Below, one piece after another: positions 37,618-47,117 of a stretch of 64,000 nucleotides of DNA (its first letter is position 1; each line of letters opens with the position of its first letter). A program made the position numbers and the translations under genes. Source of the DNA: Patescibacteria group bacterium (GTDB lineage Bacteria; Patescibacteriota; Microgenomatia; UBA10105; UBA927); NCBI GenBank assembly GCA_035510735.1, contig DATKGN010000004.1, positions 307,810 to 371,809 on the forward strand, written 5' to 3'. The notes under the pieces are model-generated. The model searched no databases and was not told where the DNA came from. It was given only the letters and a program-made list of their open reading frames with translations.

Positions 37618-38376
37618 ATGAAAAATGGAGTCGAATACGGTCCTAAGGACCTGGGGTATCAAAAAAAATCTCAGTTTATTTCTGATATTGCATCGGTGCC
37701 TGATCCTAATGTTGTTGAAAGGATATTGGTTTTGTTTGGCGCAGAGCTTGCCGGCGATGACCGGTTCTCGCGTAAACAACAGGAAGATCTTATTGAGGCG
37801 CTTCAAACAAAGGAAATCCTGACCTATTGTAATGCCTTTGTAGCCAGTGAGGCTGATCCAAATACGGTAGATGCAGTACGGTGGGACATGGAAAGCGATG
37901 GATTTCTGCAGGCGAAAGCAATTTCGACTCTGTGGGGCGTGACACATGAATCTACTGATACAAACGCATCGTTGAATTTTTTAGCGACGCTATTTAACCA
38001 TGCGCATAAACGCGGTTTTATAAATATGGAAAAAGGTGCTTTTTTTGATGGGAGGTATGCCTCTTCAGTTAATCATCTCATGCAAGCTGAGAACAAACTA
38101 TTCGCAGCCCGTCAGAAAACTGCTGAATCACTTCTCTATGCCGGTGTCATTAATGAAGACAATGTTGCAACGATTGTTGAGACGGCAGATGTAGAGAGTT
38201 TGCAAAATTGTGAAGAGTTTGATGAGATGCTGCTTGCCCGCAACCTTCAGGATTTTCAGGATGCGCATACTGTCGTTGACCGACTGAAATCCCTGCAGGA
38301 AGTATTGTATTTAGGATTTACCATGGGTGTTCGTGATTGGCAGGACGCAAGCATAAGAGCTTCAGTTAATAGTTAA
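37618..38376 (+). CDS. Hypothetical protein
   Basis: 252-aa ORF with no recognisable family. Confidence 0.45.
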   Translation: MKNGVEYGPKDLGYQKKSQFISDIASVPDPNVVERILVLFGAELAGDDRFSRKQQEDLIEALQTKEILTYCNAFVASEADPNTVDAVRWDMESDGFLQAKAISTLWGVTHESTDTNASLNFLATLFNHAHKRGFINMEKGAFFDGRYASSVNHLMQAENKLFAARQKTAESLLYAGVINEDNVATIVETADVESLQNCEEFDEMLLARNLQDFQDAHTVVDRLKSLQEVLYLGFTMGVRDWQDASIRASVNS

Positions 38377-38377
38377 G

Positions 38378-38974
38378 TTGGACTTCTTTCCCGTGTTTGT
38401 GGTTCAATATGTAATACAACATACAATTCATATGGGTAAAAAGGTTTTGGTAGTCTCGCTATTCGTCCTCGCCATATTGCTTTTTATATTTTATAAGCGG
38501 CCCCACGAAACTCGATCCTATTCAACCCAGCCCTCGGCAGTCGGGAGTGGAAAAATTATATCAGGATCATTTGACCCCACCAAATTCAAATCGGATGCAC
38601 AGTGGCACAAAATCCTTACCTCAGCGCAGTATACTATTCTCCGTCAGCAGGGGACTGAGATTCCCTTCACAGGAGCGCTTGAGTATGAAAATAGAAAGGG
38701 GATATATTACAGCGCCGGATGTGATGAACCCGTCTTCCGGTCGGAGACTAAGTACGATTCCGGCACGGGTTGGCCGAGTTTTTGGGCTCCGATAAACCCG
38801 GATTCATTAGTACTTCGCGAGGATGACAGTGTGCCTGGGGAGCCCCGGATTGAAGTCTTAGACAAGTGCGGAAGTCATTTGGGCCACGTGTTTGACGATG
38901 GGCCCCAGCCGACCGGCAAGCGATATTGCATGAATTCAGCGGCGCTATACTTTGTCCCCGACAAAAAACAGTAA
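38378..38974 (+). CDS. msrB: Peptide-methionine (R)-S-oxide reductase MsrB with N-terminal membrane anchor
   Basis: GTGWPSF, HLGHVFDDGP and RYCMNSA (catalytic Cys) motifs. N-terminal TM helix. Confidence 0.8.
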   Translation: MDFFPVFVVQYVIQHTIHMGKKVLVVSLFVLAILLFIFYKRPHETRSYSTQPSAVGSGKIISGSFDPTKFKSDAQWHKILTSAQYTILRQQGTEIPFTGALEYENRKGIYYSAGCDEPVFRSETKYDSGTGWPSFWAPINPDSLVLREDDSVPGEPRIEVLDKCGSHLGHVFDDGPQPTGKRYCMNSAALYFVPDKKQ

Positions 38975-39141
38975 ATTGCCGGATTTGTATATCCATCTTA
39001 CGCTGGTTTGTCCAGCTATGCTGGATCAAAACAGTTTAGATGGATTTATACCCGTAATAATTTTCATTATGGAGGATATATTGCTTCTTTAGGCTCCGAT
39101 TGTTAGTATGGAAGTACGGATGTTCCACCCGTTACAATTAA

Positions 39142-41517
39142 ATGAATATCGTTAATTCACTTACATCACTTTTTCATTCGAAAAAAGACGGAACGAACGC
39201 GTATGTATCGCTGTATCTCGATTCCCACGTTGTCGGCGCTTCGTTTTGGTCATTTGATCCAAACGGAGAAGTCCACATATTAGCATCAGAGAATGAGGAG
39301 TTTAACGAAGATTCGTGGAAAGTGCGGGCCGATGCGATTGACCGGCTTTTGGGGACGCTTGAGGAGCGGACCAAACTGATGGATGTAACGAAAGTTATTT
39401 TGGGACTTCCGAATATCTATCTCACGGACTCGGGCGAGATTCAAAAAGAGATCCGGCTGGAGATTAAACAGCTCATGGAATTACTGGACCTGCAGGCGAT
39501 GGGATTTGTACCGATTCATCAGGCGCTTATGTTCCGTATGAAAAAAGAAGAGGGGGTTCCACCGAGTGTTATATTACTCGGTATACAGAGTGATTCCATC
39601 GCAATATTAATATACAAAATCGGTGCACAAGCAGGTCTTCGTGAAGTGAAGAAACAGCAGGATGTAGCGGCGTGTGTCGAAGACGGTCTCGCAAGTTTCA
39701 CCGATGTCGAGGTGTTGCCGGCGCGTATTGTGCTTCACGGTTCAGATCCCGGTGAACTTGAAGAAATAAAGAACCAGCTTCTCCGTCACACGTGGACCCC
39801 TAAAATAAATTTTTTACATTTTCCCAAAATTGAAATTGCATCGTCACAACTCATCGTTGATGCGGTTTCTCTCGCTGGCGCGAGTGAGCTTGGGAATGTC
39901 GTGGCGCTTGGGGATAAGGAAAATACCGCACAAGAATCGGTTGAACAAAACCAGGATGAAACCAAAACACCGGTTCCCGAACAGAGTGCGGAGTATGCCG
40001 TAGACACAAAAGGCGAGGAAGAAACGGGAGAACCCGGTGAAACCCAGATGGCTGTTGCCGACGGAACAGTTAACACGGATGTCGACGAAGAGAAGGTAGA
40101 TGAGGAGGTTGCTGTTGCACAAAAAGATGTAGCGGAAGATTTTGCCGTCGATGAGACAACAACCGCGGATGCAAACGTCGTGATGGTTGACGCAGAATCG
40201 TTGGGATTTAAACCGGACGTTGACGTCCTCGAGGAGAAACAGCAAATGCGACACGATTCTGCCATTCCGGCTGCGATTGATGAAGAAGAGGAAGTGGGCA
40301 CACATCAACTGTTACCGAAACTGCCGCATGTGGATTTTTCCGGAGTTTTTGCAGGTTTGGGTGGTTTGAATTTAGGATCGGGTGGCGGAAGGACGAAGTT
40401 ACTCGCAGTCGCAGGAGGTGTTATCCTGTTACTTGTTATTGCACTACTATTCTGGACTTTACCTCACGCAACTATCCTTATCCGCGAAATACCAAAGCCC
40501 GTCGATGCATCAGATACCATTACTATCGATCCGAGCGCGACAACAGTTGATGCGCAGAATAAAATAATTCCCGGTAAAAAAGAAGAGCAGTCAGTGAGTG
40601 GAGAGAAAACCATTCCGGTTAACGGAAAAAAGAATATCGGTGATCCTGCAAAAGGGGTGGTGACTATTTACAATAAGTCGCTCGACGAGCTGACGCTCAA
40701 AAAAGGAGTAATCCTATCGACCGGCGGATTACAGTTCACCCTGGACGCTGACAGCGATATTGCCTCTGCCAGTGAAAATATCGGATCTTTAACATTCGGA
40801 AAAACAACAGCAAATGTTACGGCAGTGGTAATCGGGACTCAAGGTAATCTTCCTGCGGGAAATGACTTTACCATCGCAGATACGTCGACCAGTGTCGCGC
40901 AGGCGCATAATGATGAGTCCTTCGCCGGAGGGACGAGTAAGCAGATTACGGTTGTTGCCAAATCCGATTATGATGCGCTCGTTAAGGCGGAATCGGCTGA
41001 CCTTGTGGGTCAGGCGCAACAGCAATTGTCCGCATCTATCGGCGGAAACGAAAAACTTATAGACGGCACGGTCACTACGAATGTTACGCAAAAAACATTC
41101 AATCAGCAGATCGATCAGCAGGCCACCCAACTTACAGGCAAACTTACAATTACTGTAAGTGGCATTGCGTATAATGAAGCCGATATTCAGGCGTATCTGA
41201 CGAGCGGACTTGGAGATAAAGTACCCAGCGGTTATGTCATAGATGAACATAAAACTGGTATAACGGTGAGCGACGTCGTGGTGAAAAAAAATGGAACCAT
41301 CACTGCGAAAGTTGCGATGCATGCTGTTGCGCTCCCCACCATAGATACGGCGGCGGTAAAAAATGCAGTAGCGGGCAAAAGTCTCACGAGCGCACAGGCG
41401 TATGTTCATACGCTTACCGGAGTTGCAGCTCTTGAAGTGCAATTCCGTTTGAGCCCGACTAAGCAGTGGCTTCCCTTAAATAAAAATAATATTACCGTTT
41501 CTCTCGCTATTCAATAA
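39142..41517 (+). CDS. Large bitopic membrane protein: cytoplasmic N-domain (possible actin-like/FtsA-PilM-like fold), acidic linker, TM, ~340-aa extracytoplasmic domain
   Basis: 791 aa with a TM helix near residue 425. N-terminal YVSLYLDSHVVGASFW weakly resembles phosphate-1 motifs of FtsA/PilM-type ATPases (low confidence). Translationally adjacent to the sortase gene. Confidence 0.5.
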   Translation: MNIVNSLTSLFHSKKDGTNAYVSLYLDSHVVGASFWSFDPNGEVHILASENEEFNEDSWKVRADAIDRLLGTLEERTKLMDVTKVILGLPNIYLTDSGEIQKEIRLEIKQLMELLDLQAMGFVPIHQALMFRMKKEEGVPPSVILLGIQSDSIAILIYKIGAQAGLREVKKQQDVAACVEDGLASFTDVEVLPARIVLHGSDPGELEEIKNQLLRHTWTPKINFLHFPKIEIASSQLIVDAVSLAGASELGNVVALGDKENTAQESVEQNQDETKTPVPEQSAEYAVDTKGEEETGEPGETQMAVADGTVNTDVDEEKVDEEVAVAQKDVAEDFAVDETTTADANVVMVDAESLGFKPDVDVLEEKQQMRHDSAIPAAIDEEEEVGTHQLLPKLPHVDFSGVFAGLGGLNLGSGGGRTKLLAVAGGVILLLVIALLFWTLPHATILIREIPKPVDASDTITIDPSATTVDAQNKIIPGKKEEQSVSGEKTIPVNGKKNIGDPAKGVVTIYNKSLDELTLKKGVILSTGGLQFTLDADSDIASASENIGSLTFGKTTANVTAVVIGTQGNLPAGNDFTIADTSTSVAQAHNDESFAGGTSKQITVVAKSDYDALVKAESADLVGQAQQQLSASIGGNEKLIDGTVTTNVTQKTFNQQIDQQATQLTGKLTITVSGIAYNEADIQAYLTSGLGDKVPSGYVIDEHKTGITVSDVVVKKNGTITAKVAMHAVALPTIDTAAVKNAVAGKSLTSAQAYVHTLTGVAALEVQFRLSPTKQWLPLNKNNITVSLAIQ

Positions 41518-41520
41518 GAT

Positions 41521-42261
41521 ATGGCTCTGTATCGCTATGTTAAGGCTCCGCCTGTTAGACGGCGTGTGCACAAAAAACCAATGTGGTTGTCGTTTGTTTT
41601 CATGGGGCTCGGGGGAGCAATACTTCTCTGGGTTCTCTGGCCAATTGTTTCTTTCTCGTTGGTAGGGGATCAATTGTTTTCAAAAACCATAACCCCGGTG
41701 AATGATGCCTCCGACATGGTCAGGACGACCTCGCTTTCGACGGTAGCGTATGCCGCGGGGACTGACGGGTTTAATTCAGGCACCGATATATCCGTGAATG
41801 CAAACACATGGTATCCGACCGTGCCGCAGAAACATGTGACGTCACAGGTAAATACGTACACACTTTCCATTCCGAAACTGAAGATCAATAATGCGCTCGT
41901 AACCATCGGCGGGGATAATCTGGATGAGAGCTTGGTCCATTACGGTGGCACGGGAGTACCCGGCCAATACGGAACCGCGGTCGTGTTCGGCCACTCGAAT
42001 CTCCCACAATTTTATTCACCGACGGATTATAAAACGATATTTTCAATGTTGCCCACGCTTAAAATCGGCGACGATATAGTGGTGACGTATGACGGCGTCA
42101 CCTACAAATATGTCGTCTACGATATGGTCGTTCTCGACCCTACCGATTTATCAACCCTGGAGCAGCAGTTCGATGATTCATACTTAACACTCGTCACTTG
42201 TGTTCCTCCGGGAACACTTTGGAAACGGCTTGATGTAAAGGCAAAATTATCAACAATCTAA
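41521..42261 (+). CDS. Sortase family transpeptidase
   Basis: N-terminal TM anchor, VVFGHSN (catalytic His) and LTLVTCVPPG (TLxTC catalytic Cys) motifs. Confidence 0.75.
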   Translation: MALYRYVKAPPVRRRVHKKPMWLSFVFMGLGGAILLWVLWPIVSFSLVGDQLFSKTITPVNDASDMVRTTSLSTVAYAAGTDGFNSGTDISVNANTWYPTVPQKHVTSQVNTYTLSIPKLKINNALVTIGGDNLDESLVHYGGTGVPGQYGTAVVFGHSNLPQFYSPTDYKTIFSMLPTLKIGDDIVVTYDGVTYKYVVYDMVVLDPTDLSTLEQQFDDSYLTLVTCVPPGTLWKRLDVKAKLSTI

Positions 42262-43521
42262 ATGGCTGACGATGAAAAACAGGTCGCGATTGACGCGATA
42301 AAAAAGAAATTAACCGGCAAGACGCTTTCGTATAATGAAATTTTTGCGATTATGGACGAAATCGCAAAACAGCGTCTGGGACCGGTCCTCACTACATATT
42401 TTGCTGCAGCCGGATTCACCCAGGGGTTTAATGATGAGGAATTGTACTATCTAACAAAAGCGATGGTTGCAACCGGCCCGATACTGCACTTTAAGGGTGT
42501 TGTTGCGGACAAACATTCAACCGGCGGGGTTGCCGGTACCCGAACGACGATGATTATCGTCCCGATTATCGCAGCCGCAGGATTCCAGATTCCAAAAACC
42601 TCTTCGCGCGCCATTACTTCTCCTTCAGGAACAGCTGATACCATGGAGGTGCTTTCGCCGGTGACATTTACGCCGGAACAGATTGAGAAATTAGTTGCCA
42701 AATCCGGCGGCTGTATCGTATGGGGTGGCCATCTGGGGCTGGCGCCTGCGGACGATATTCTCATCCGCGTTGAGGAGCCGCTTGCATTTGAATCGTTTGA
42801 TAAAATTATTGTTTCCATTATGGCGAAAAAAATTGCATCGGGAGCGACACATCTTGTTTTGGATATCCCGGTTGGTCCTACCATGAAAATACAGCACTTA
42901 CGGGATGCGGAACTCATTTCTAAAAAATTTACATATCTCGCGAAGCGGTTCGGCGTACATGTAACGGTAGACATAAATGAAATCCGTGAGAATGCGGGCC
43001 GGGGAATCGGTCCAGTACTGGAGACCCGCGATGTCTTACAGGTACTGGAACAGCACAAAGACAGGCCGCTCGCGCTTGAAGCGAAGGCCCTGCGGCTCGC
43101 GTCAAAACTCTTGGATATCTGCTTTGCGGGATCTCCTGATAAAAAGAAATTAAGCGGGGAGACTGTGGCCCGCGAAATGCTCCTATCCGGCAAGGCGCTT
43201 GTTAAGATGAAAGAGATCGTCGCAAATCAGGGCGGCAATCCTGATATCGCAAGTGACAGCCTCATCTGGGCCACAAACAAGCATGAAGTCCGGGCTGTGG
43301 GTCGCGGGCGCGTGCACGGTATTAACAACCAGGAGATTACGGTAATCTGCCGGATATTGGGGTCGCCGCAGGATAAGACGGCGGGTATGTATCTCAACAC
43401 GAAACTTGATGAGCGAGTGGACAAAAATGATATACTATGTACGCTCTATAGTTCTGATAAGTGGAGGCTCAAAGAAGCAGTCGAGACACTGAAGAACGTA
43501 CAGATTTATACGATAAAATAG
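42262..43521 (+). CDS. Thymidine phosphorylase family protein (pyrimidine-nucleoside / AMP phosphorylase-like)
   Basis: DKHSTGGVAGT (the DKHSTGGVGD phosphate-binding signature). 419 aa. Start codon abuts the sortase stop. Confidence 0.85.
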   Translation: MADDEKQVAIDAIKKKLTGKTLSYNEIFAIMDEIAKQRLGPVLTTYFAAAGFTQGFNDEELYYLTKAMVATGPILHFKGVVADKHSTGGVAGTRTTMIIVPIIAAAGFQIPKTSSRAITSPSGTADTMEVLSPVTFTPEQIEKLVAKSGGCIVWGGHLGLAPADDILIRVEEPLAFESFDKIIVSIMAKKIASGATHLVLDIPVGPTMKIQHLRDAELISKKFTYLAKRFGVHVTVDINEIRENAGRGIGPVLETRDVLQVLEQHKDRPLALEAKALRLASKLLDICFAGSPDKKKLSGETVAREMLLSGKALVKMKEIVANQGGNPDIASDSLIWATNKHEVRAVGRGRVHGINNQEITVICRILGSPQDKTAGMYLNTKLDERVDKNDILCTLYSSDKWRLKEAVETLKNVQIYTIK

Positions 43522-43582
43522 TATGCGAGGTAGTGAAAGGCTATGCCAGGTAGTGAAGGAATATGCCAGGTTGTGAAGCTTC
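43522..43582 (+). repeat. Three tandem ~20-bp direct repeats (TATGCcAGGTaGTGAAgg)
   Basis: TATGCGAGGTAGTGAAAGGC / TATGCCAGGTAGTGAAGGAA / TATGCCAGGTTGTGAAGCTT at 20-21 bp periodicity, immediately after the phosphorylase stop and 20 nt upstream of the small Zn-ribbon ORF. Confidence 0.7.
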
Positions 43583-43599
43583 AGTAGAAAAGAGAGACT

Positions 43600-43794
43600 A
43601 TGTTTAAAAATGTAATCGCACCGATGCAGGCATGGCTCCTATCACAGGGGAAATGTGTCGGATGCGGGAAACCGTTACCGAAGCCGAATGCAAGCGGATC
43701 ATCCGCTCAGGTGACGTGCGCGTGCGGGCGGATGTATATATTTGATCTGCAGTCGGGGAGATATAGAAGGGCAACAATCAATGAAATCAAATAA
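43600..43794 (+). CDS. Small zinc-ribbon protein (CxxC...CxC), hypothetical
   Basis: 64 aa with CVGCGK ... CACGRMY. May be a real small protein, or an upstream reading of the mltG leader. Confidence 0.35.
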   Translation: MFKNVIAPMQAWLLSQGKCVGCGKPLPKPNASGSSAQVTCACGRMYIFDLQSGRYRRATINEIK

Positions 43795-44767
43795 ATCCTA
43801 TTCATTTTTATCGCGACTGGTCATTATATTCTTTGGACTCGTCCTTTGTGCGTGGTTGGGCTGGATTTGGTGGAATAACAGTATCTCCCCGGTTGATCCT
43901 GCCAATACAATACCCGTTGTTTTTACAGTCCATAGCGGTGACGGAGTGAAAATTATCGCCTCAAACCTGGCAGCACAAAATATCATACGGAGTCCGACCG
44001 GATTTTATCTTCTCGTTAAAATATTGGGAATTGAACGTCAACTGCAGGCCGGGGAATTCCGTCTCTCGCCCTCTATGAATGCAAAAGATGTGGCGGTGGA
44101 ACTCACGCACGGAATGCTTGACCAGTGGGTGACGACGCTTGAAGGATGGCGGGATGAGGAGATGGCAACGACGCTCGCCAAGGATCTCGATATTCCTGAA
44201 GAGGAGATCCTCAAGTATTCAAAAGAGGGATACATGTTCCCTGACACGTATCTCATCCCCAAAGATGCGACAGCGGCGGCGATTGCGCAGATCTTCTTAG
44301 ATAATTTCGATAAGAAAATAACGCCGCAGATGCGGGCAGACGCGACGAAAAGCGGTTTGACATTAGATAAGATAATGGTTCTGGCGTCAATCGTTGAGCG
44401 AGAGGGGAGAACCGCACAGGACCGGCCGGTGATCGCGGGCATCATTCTCAAACGCCTGAAAGCGGACTGGCCTTTGGAAGTTGACGCGACACTCCAATAT
44501 GCACTCGGATATCAGGCTGCTGATAAAACATGGTGGAAAAAGTCGCTCACCGACGATGATAAAAAAATAAATTCACCGTTTAACACCTATCTCAATACTG
44601 GCCTCCCCCCAGCGCCGATCTGTAATCCCGGTCTTGAGTCCATCAATGCCGCGATCTATCCCAAGGATTCAGACTACTGGTACTACATCCACGACCAGTC
44701 AGGCGATGTTCACTATGCCAAAACCATAGATGAACATAACGCTAATATTGCAAAGTATCTACAGTAA
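43742..44767 (+). CDS. mltG: Endolytic murein transglycosylase MltG (YceG-like)
   Basis: N-terminal TM helix, LASIVEREGRT and LQYALGY motifs of the YceG family. The start may be the ATG at 43781. Confidence 0.8.
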   Translation: MICSRGDIEGQQSMKSNKSYSFLSRLVIIFFGLVLCAWLGWIWWNNSISPVDPANTIPVVFTVHSGDGVKIIASNLAAQNIIRSPTGFYLLVKILGIERQLQAGEFRLSPSMNAKDVAVELTHGMLDQWVTTLEGWRDEEMATTLAKDLDIPEEEILKYSKEGYMFPDTYLIPKDATAAAIAQIFLDNFDKKITPQMRADATKSGLTLDKIMVLASIVEREGRTAQDRPVIAGIILKRLKADWPLEVDATLQYALGYQAADKTWWKKSLTDDDKKINSPFNTYLNTGLPPAPICNPGLESINAAIYPKDSDYWYYIHDQSGDVHYAKTIDEHNANIAKYLQ

Positions 44768-44811
44768 TTTAATTTGCCTGTATCGTTAGTCCGAAATGAT
44801 ATAATTGCTTT

Positions 44812-45474
44812 ATGAGTGAGGATGCGATTGAGCAACTTTCTTCTCAACTATCAGAGATTCAAGATCCCGTTGAACGAAATATTATTTTGGAACTCGTTCG
44901 CACCCGTGCCGCGGCGGGATTTGAGATGCAACAAGACGAAAGATCAGATATATATTGGAAAGGGGTTGGTAACATTATAGAAGAAATGATGAAAAGACCA
45001 GAAGAAGCATTGAACTCCGCGATTGATATTCTTAAGCTCCCTGAGAGGAGCAATGATCCTGATCAGTTTCGATCATGGCTTAAAGGAAATGTATTAATCA
45101 TTCTTTCTGACCCGAGGATGCAATCCCTGGTAACTCATGAACTTAATAAACCTGGCGAAACTGTTATCCATTCTTCGCTTGCAGAATTCTTGAGTTATCA
45201 AATTCCCAAAACGATCACAACAAAAGAAGATTTATCACATCACCCCCAGTGTTTTGAATTAGTGATGAGTATGGTCATGGTCAGCAGTCTTACAGAGCAA
45301 CACATTCCGTCGCTTTCTCCCTTAGCGGAGAGAACGGGTGAGCTTCTTCAGGATGAAATGGCAAGACGCGTTATTGATCTGTATTATGACGTTCCGGGTG
45401 ACAAACAATACGTGGAGCCTGTCTATAACCTTATTCATCCAGAGGCACAATCAGAGGGAGATGTTGGGGTATAA
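44812..45474 (+). CDS. Hypothetical protein
   Basis: 220-aa ORF with no recognisable family. Confidence 0.5.
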   Translation: MSEDAIEQLSSQLSEIQDPVERNIILELVRTRAAAGFEMQQDERSDIYWKGVGNIIEEMMKRPEEALNSAIDILKLPERSNDPDQFRSWLKGNVLIILSDPRMQSLVTHELNKPGETVIHSSLAEFLSYQIPKTITTKEDLSHHPQCFELVMSMVMVSSLTEQHIPSLSPLAERTGELLQDEMARRVIDLYYDVPGDKQYVEPVYNLIHPEAQSEGDVGV

Positions 45475-45559
45475 GAAAAATAAATTCTATCTCCGAGGTA
45501 GAAGAGTTGCGGTGCACGAAGCCAATATTTCGAAATATTTTCAATAAAATCCTTTTCAT

Positions 45560-45645
45560 ACATTTTTCTTTCTCTTTTCCTTGTTATACTCTAGCCCTCT
45601 GAAGCGGGGGATTTTTGGGGCAATTTGCGTTCCGATTTCATCCCA
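45560..45645 (+). repeat. ~80-bp intergenic repeat, copy 1 (complete)
   Basis: ACATTTTTCTTTCTCTTTTCCTTGTTATACTCTAGCCcTCTGAAGCGGGGGATTTTTGGGGCAATTTGCGTTCCgATTTC. Confidence 0.85.
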
Positions 45646-45682
45646 GGTATTAAGTTATACACTTCGAACTTATTTAGAGCGA

Positions 45683-46033
45683 TTAAGCTTGTGCTTGGGG
45701 CGGCGGAAAAATGGGCTTCCATTCCTGTTTAATAGATTCGGAAAGTGTGGCGGCATATTGATCAATTCGTGGTAAATCCCAGGTTTCTCTTTGATTAAGT
45801 GGAATGTATTTCATTTGATCTTCTGGTCGTGTAGCATTCAATTGGTCACCAAGATCAATACCAACCACATGTTTTGGTAAGCCTTTCCAAATCAATGCCG
45901 CTAATCTTTGCTTCATCTCATTCTGCGTAGCATGGGAATATTCTTTAGAAGAAGATTCGGCAATACTCGTTAGTACTTGTTGGAAAAGCATAATTGACTT
46001 TCGAACCTCTACAACACTCGTCAATTCTGTCAT
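45683..46033 (-). CDS. Hypothetical protein
   Basis: 116-aa ORF between repeat copies 1 and 2. Confidence 0.45.
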   Translation of the reverse strand: MTELTSVVEVRKSIMLFQQVLTSIAESSSKEYSHATQNEMKQRLAALIWKGLPKHVVGIDLGDQLNATRPEDQMKYIPLNQRETWDLPRIDQYAATLSESIKQEWKPIFPPPQAQA

Positions 46034-46146
46034 AGTTAAATACTATAACACAGTTTGATGAGTTACAATGTCATAATAGATTTCAAACTGTTATATGGTT
46101 AAACTTAAACATCTTCTGCCAGGTGTACTAATAAATGTATTCCTTT

Positions 46147-46230
46147 CTCTTTTCCTTGTTATACTCTAGCCATCTGAAGCGGGGATTTTTGGGGCAAGTT
46201 GCGTTCCAATTTCGTCCGGACCAGTGTGAT
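46147..46230 (+). repeat. ~80-bp intergenic repeat, copy 2 (complete)
   Basis: ~90% identical to copy 1 over ~80 bp. Confidence 0.85.
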
Positions 46231-46317
46231 TAATTTATCCTATAATATTGACACACTTTCCCCCTGACTGTATAATCCCATTCAATACTCATTCTTGCCG
46301 TAGATTAAATTACGCAT

Positions 46318-47010
46318 ATGCATGCCGAAATGTTACGGGACCCTTCATTTGAAATTAAGTTACCTACCGTTGGGGAGTCCTTAGGGAACAGAACAGCCAC
46401 TTTGATTTTAGATGAAGAAGGGCGATGGTGTGATATCCCTTGTGTGAGTGATACGTCAACGTTACTCAACTTGGTGAATGGCTACTTTAAACCACGAATT
46501 GGAGCGGAAATTCAGCGGCTCGAGCAACTTAGGATGATAGTAAATAATTCATCCGAAGTAGATAAAAAAATCGTCTTGGGAGTAGGATTGTTCTATTATG
46601 AACCGCCTGATTCGGGAATGATTGAAGAAGAGGAATGGCGAGGGGCAGTAGTTCAATTGATGCGGTCAGCAGGTGTGCCAGCCGAAAATATTCCATCTCA
46701 TTTAGCTCCGTCGATAAATCCTTTGGAACGCAATTTCTTTGACTCTGAAGTCGACCCTTTGGATTATAAGGAAGTGCCCGATTTAATGGTGAAAACGTTT
46801 ATACTTTGCGCGGCTCTTAGTCGTTTCGCGCCCAATCGTCTTTCAGGAGAGAGTTTGGCGATAGGGTATAAAGCGGCAATAGCAATTGATGGAGCTGCAC
46901 TTCTTGGTCTTCTAAAAGACGAGATCCACGAAGACGAAGATCATCCTGAGCATTCACGAGTATTCACGAAGACAGTTCATAACGTTGTTAAGGGACTACT
47001 TGAGCAGTAG
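46318..47010 (+). CDS. Hypothetical protein
   Basis: 230-aa ORF between repeat copies 2 and 3. Confidence 0.5.
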   Translation: MHAEMLRDPSFEIKLPTVGESLGNRTATLILDEEGRWCDIPCVSDTSTLLNLVNGYFKPRIGAEIQRLEQLRMIVNNSSEVDKKIVLGVGLFYYEPPDSGMIEEEEWRGAVVQLMRSAGVPAENIPSHLAPSINPLERNFFDSEVDPLDYKEVPDLMVKTFILCAALSRFAPNRLSGESLAIGYKAAIAIDGAALLGLLKDEIHEDEDHPEHSRVFTKTVHNVVKGLLEQ

Positions 47011-47026
47011 TGGCGGCACAGAGTAA

Positions 47027-47079
47027 TACATTTTTCTTTCTCTTTCCCTTGTCGGACTCTAGCCATCTGAAGCGGGGGA
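47027..47079 (+). repeat. Intergenic repeat, copy 3 (5' half ending in core CATCTGAAGCGGGGGA)
   Basis: Matches the 5' ~50 bp of copies 1 and 2, then diverges abruptly into promoter-like TTGACG sequence. Confidence 0.8.
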
Positions 47080-47117
47080 TAATGTTGACGTGTGGATTTG
47101 ACTTGTATGTGAGTTAG

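Noticed and set aside
39786-41442. Several minus-strand ORFs (39786-40301, 39844-40308, 40789-41442) within the 791-aa membrane protein gene
   Set aside because: Shadow ORFs in the acidic and repetitive region of the plus-strand gene. Low-complexity translations.
42447-43193. 248-aa minus-strand ORF antisense to the thymidine-phosphorylase-family gene
   Set aside because: The plus-strand gene carries the unambiguous DKHSTGG signature. The antisense ORF is Ser/Arg-rich and has no motifs.
45560-45645. SD-like AAGGAAAAGAGAAAG...ATG on the minus strand of the 80-bp repeat suggesting it is a conserved 5' UTR
   Set aside because: An ATG follows only in copy 1, and the resulting ORF is about 35 codons with no support. 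Copy 2 has no start codon at the equivalent position.
45581-45775. 64-aa ORF spanning repeat copy 1
   Set aside because: It is a translation of the intergenic repeat itself. The same sequence in copy 2 is not in an ORF.
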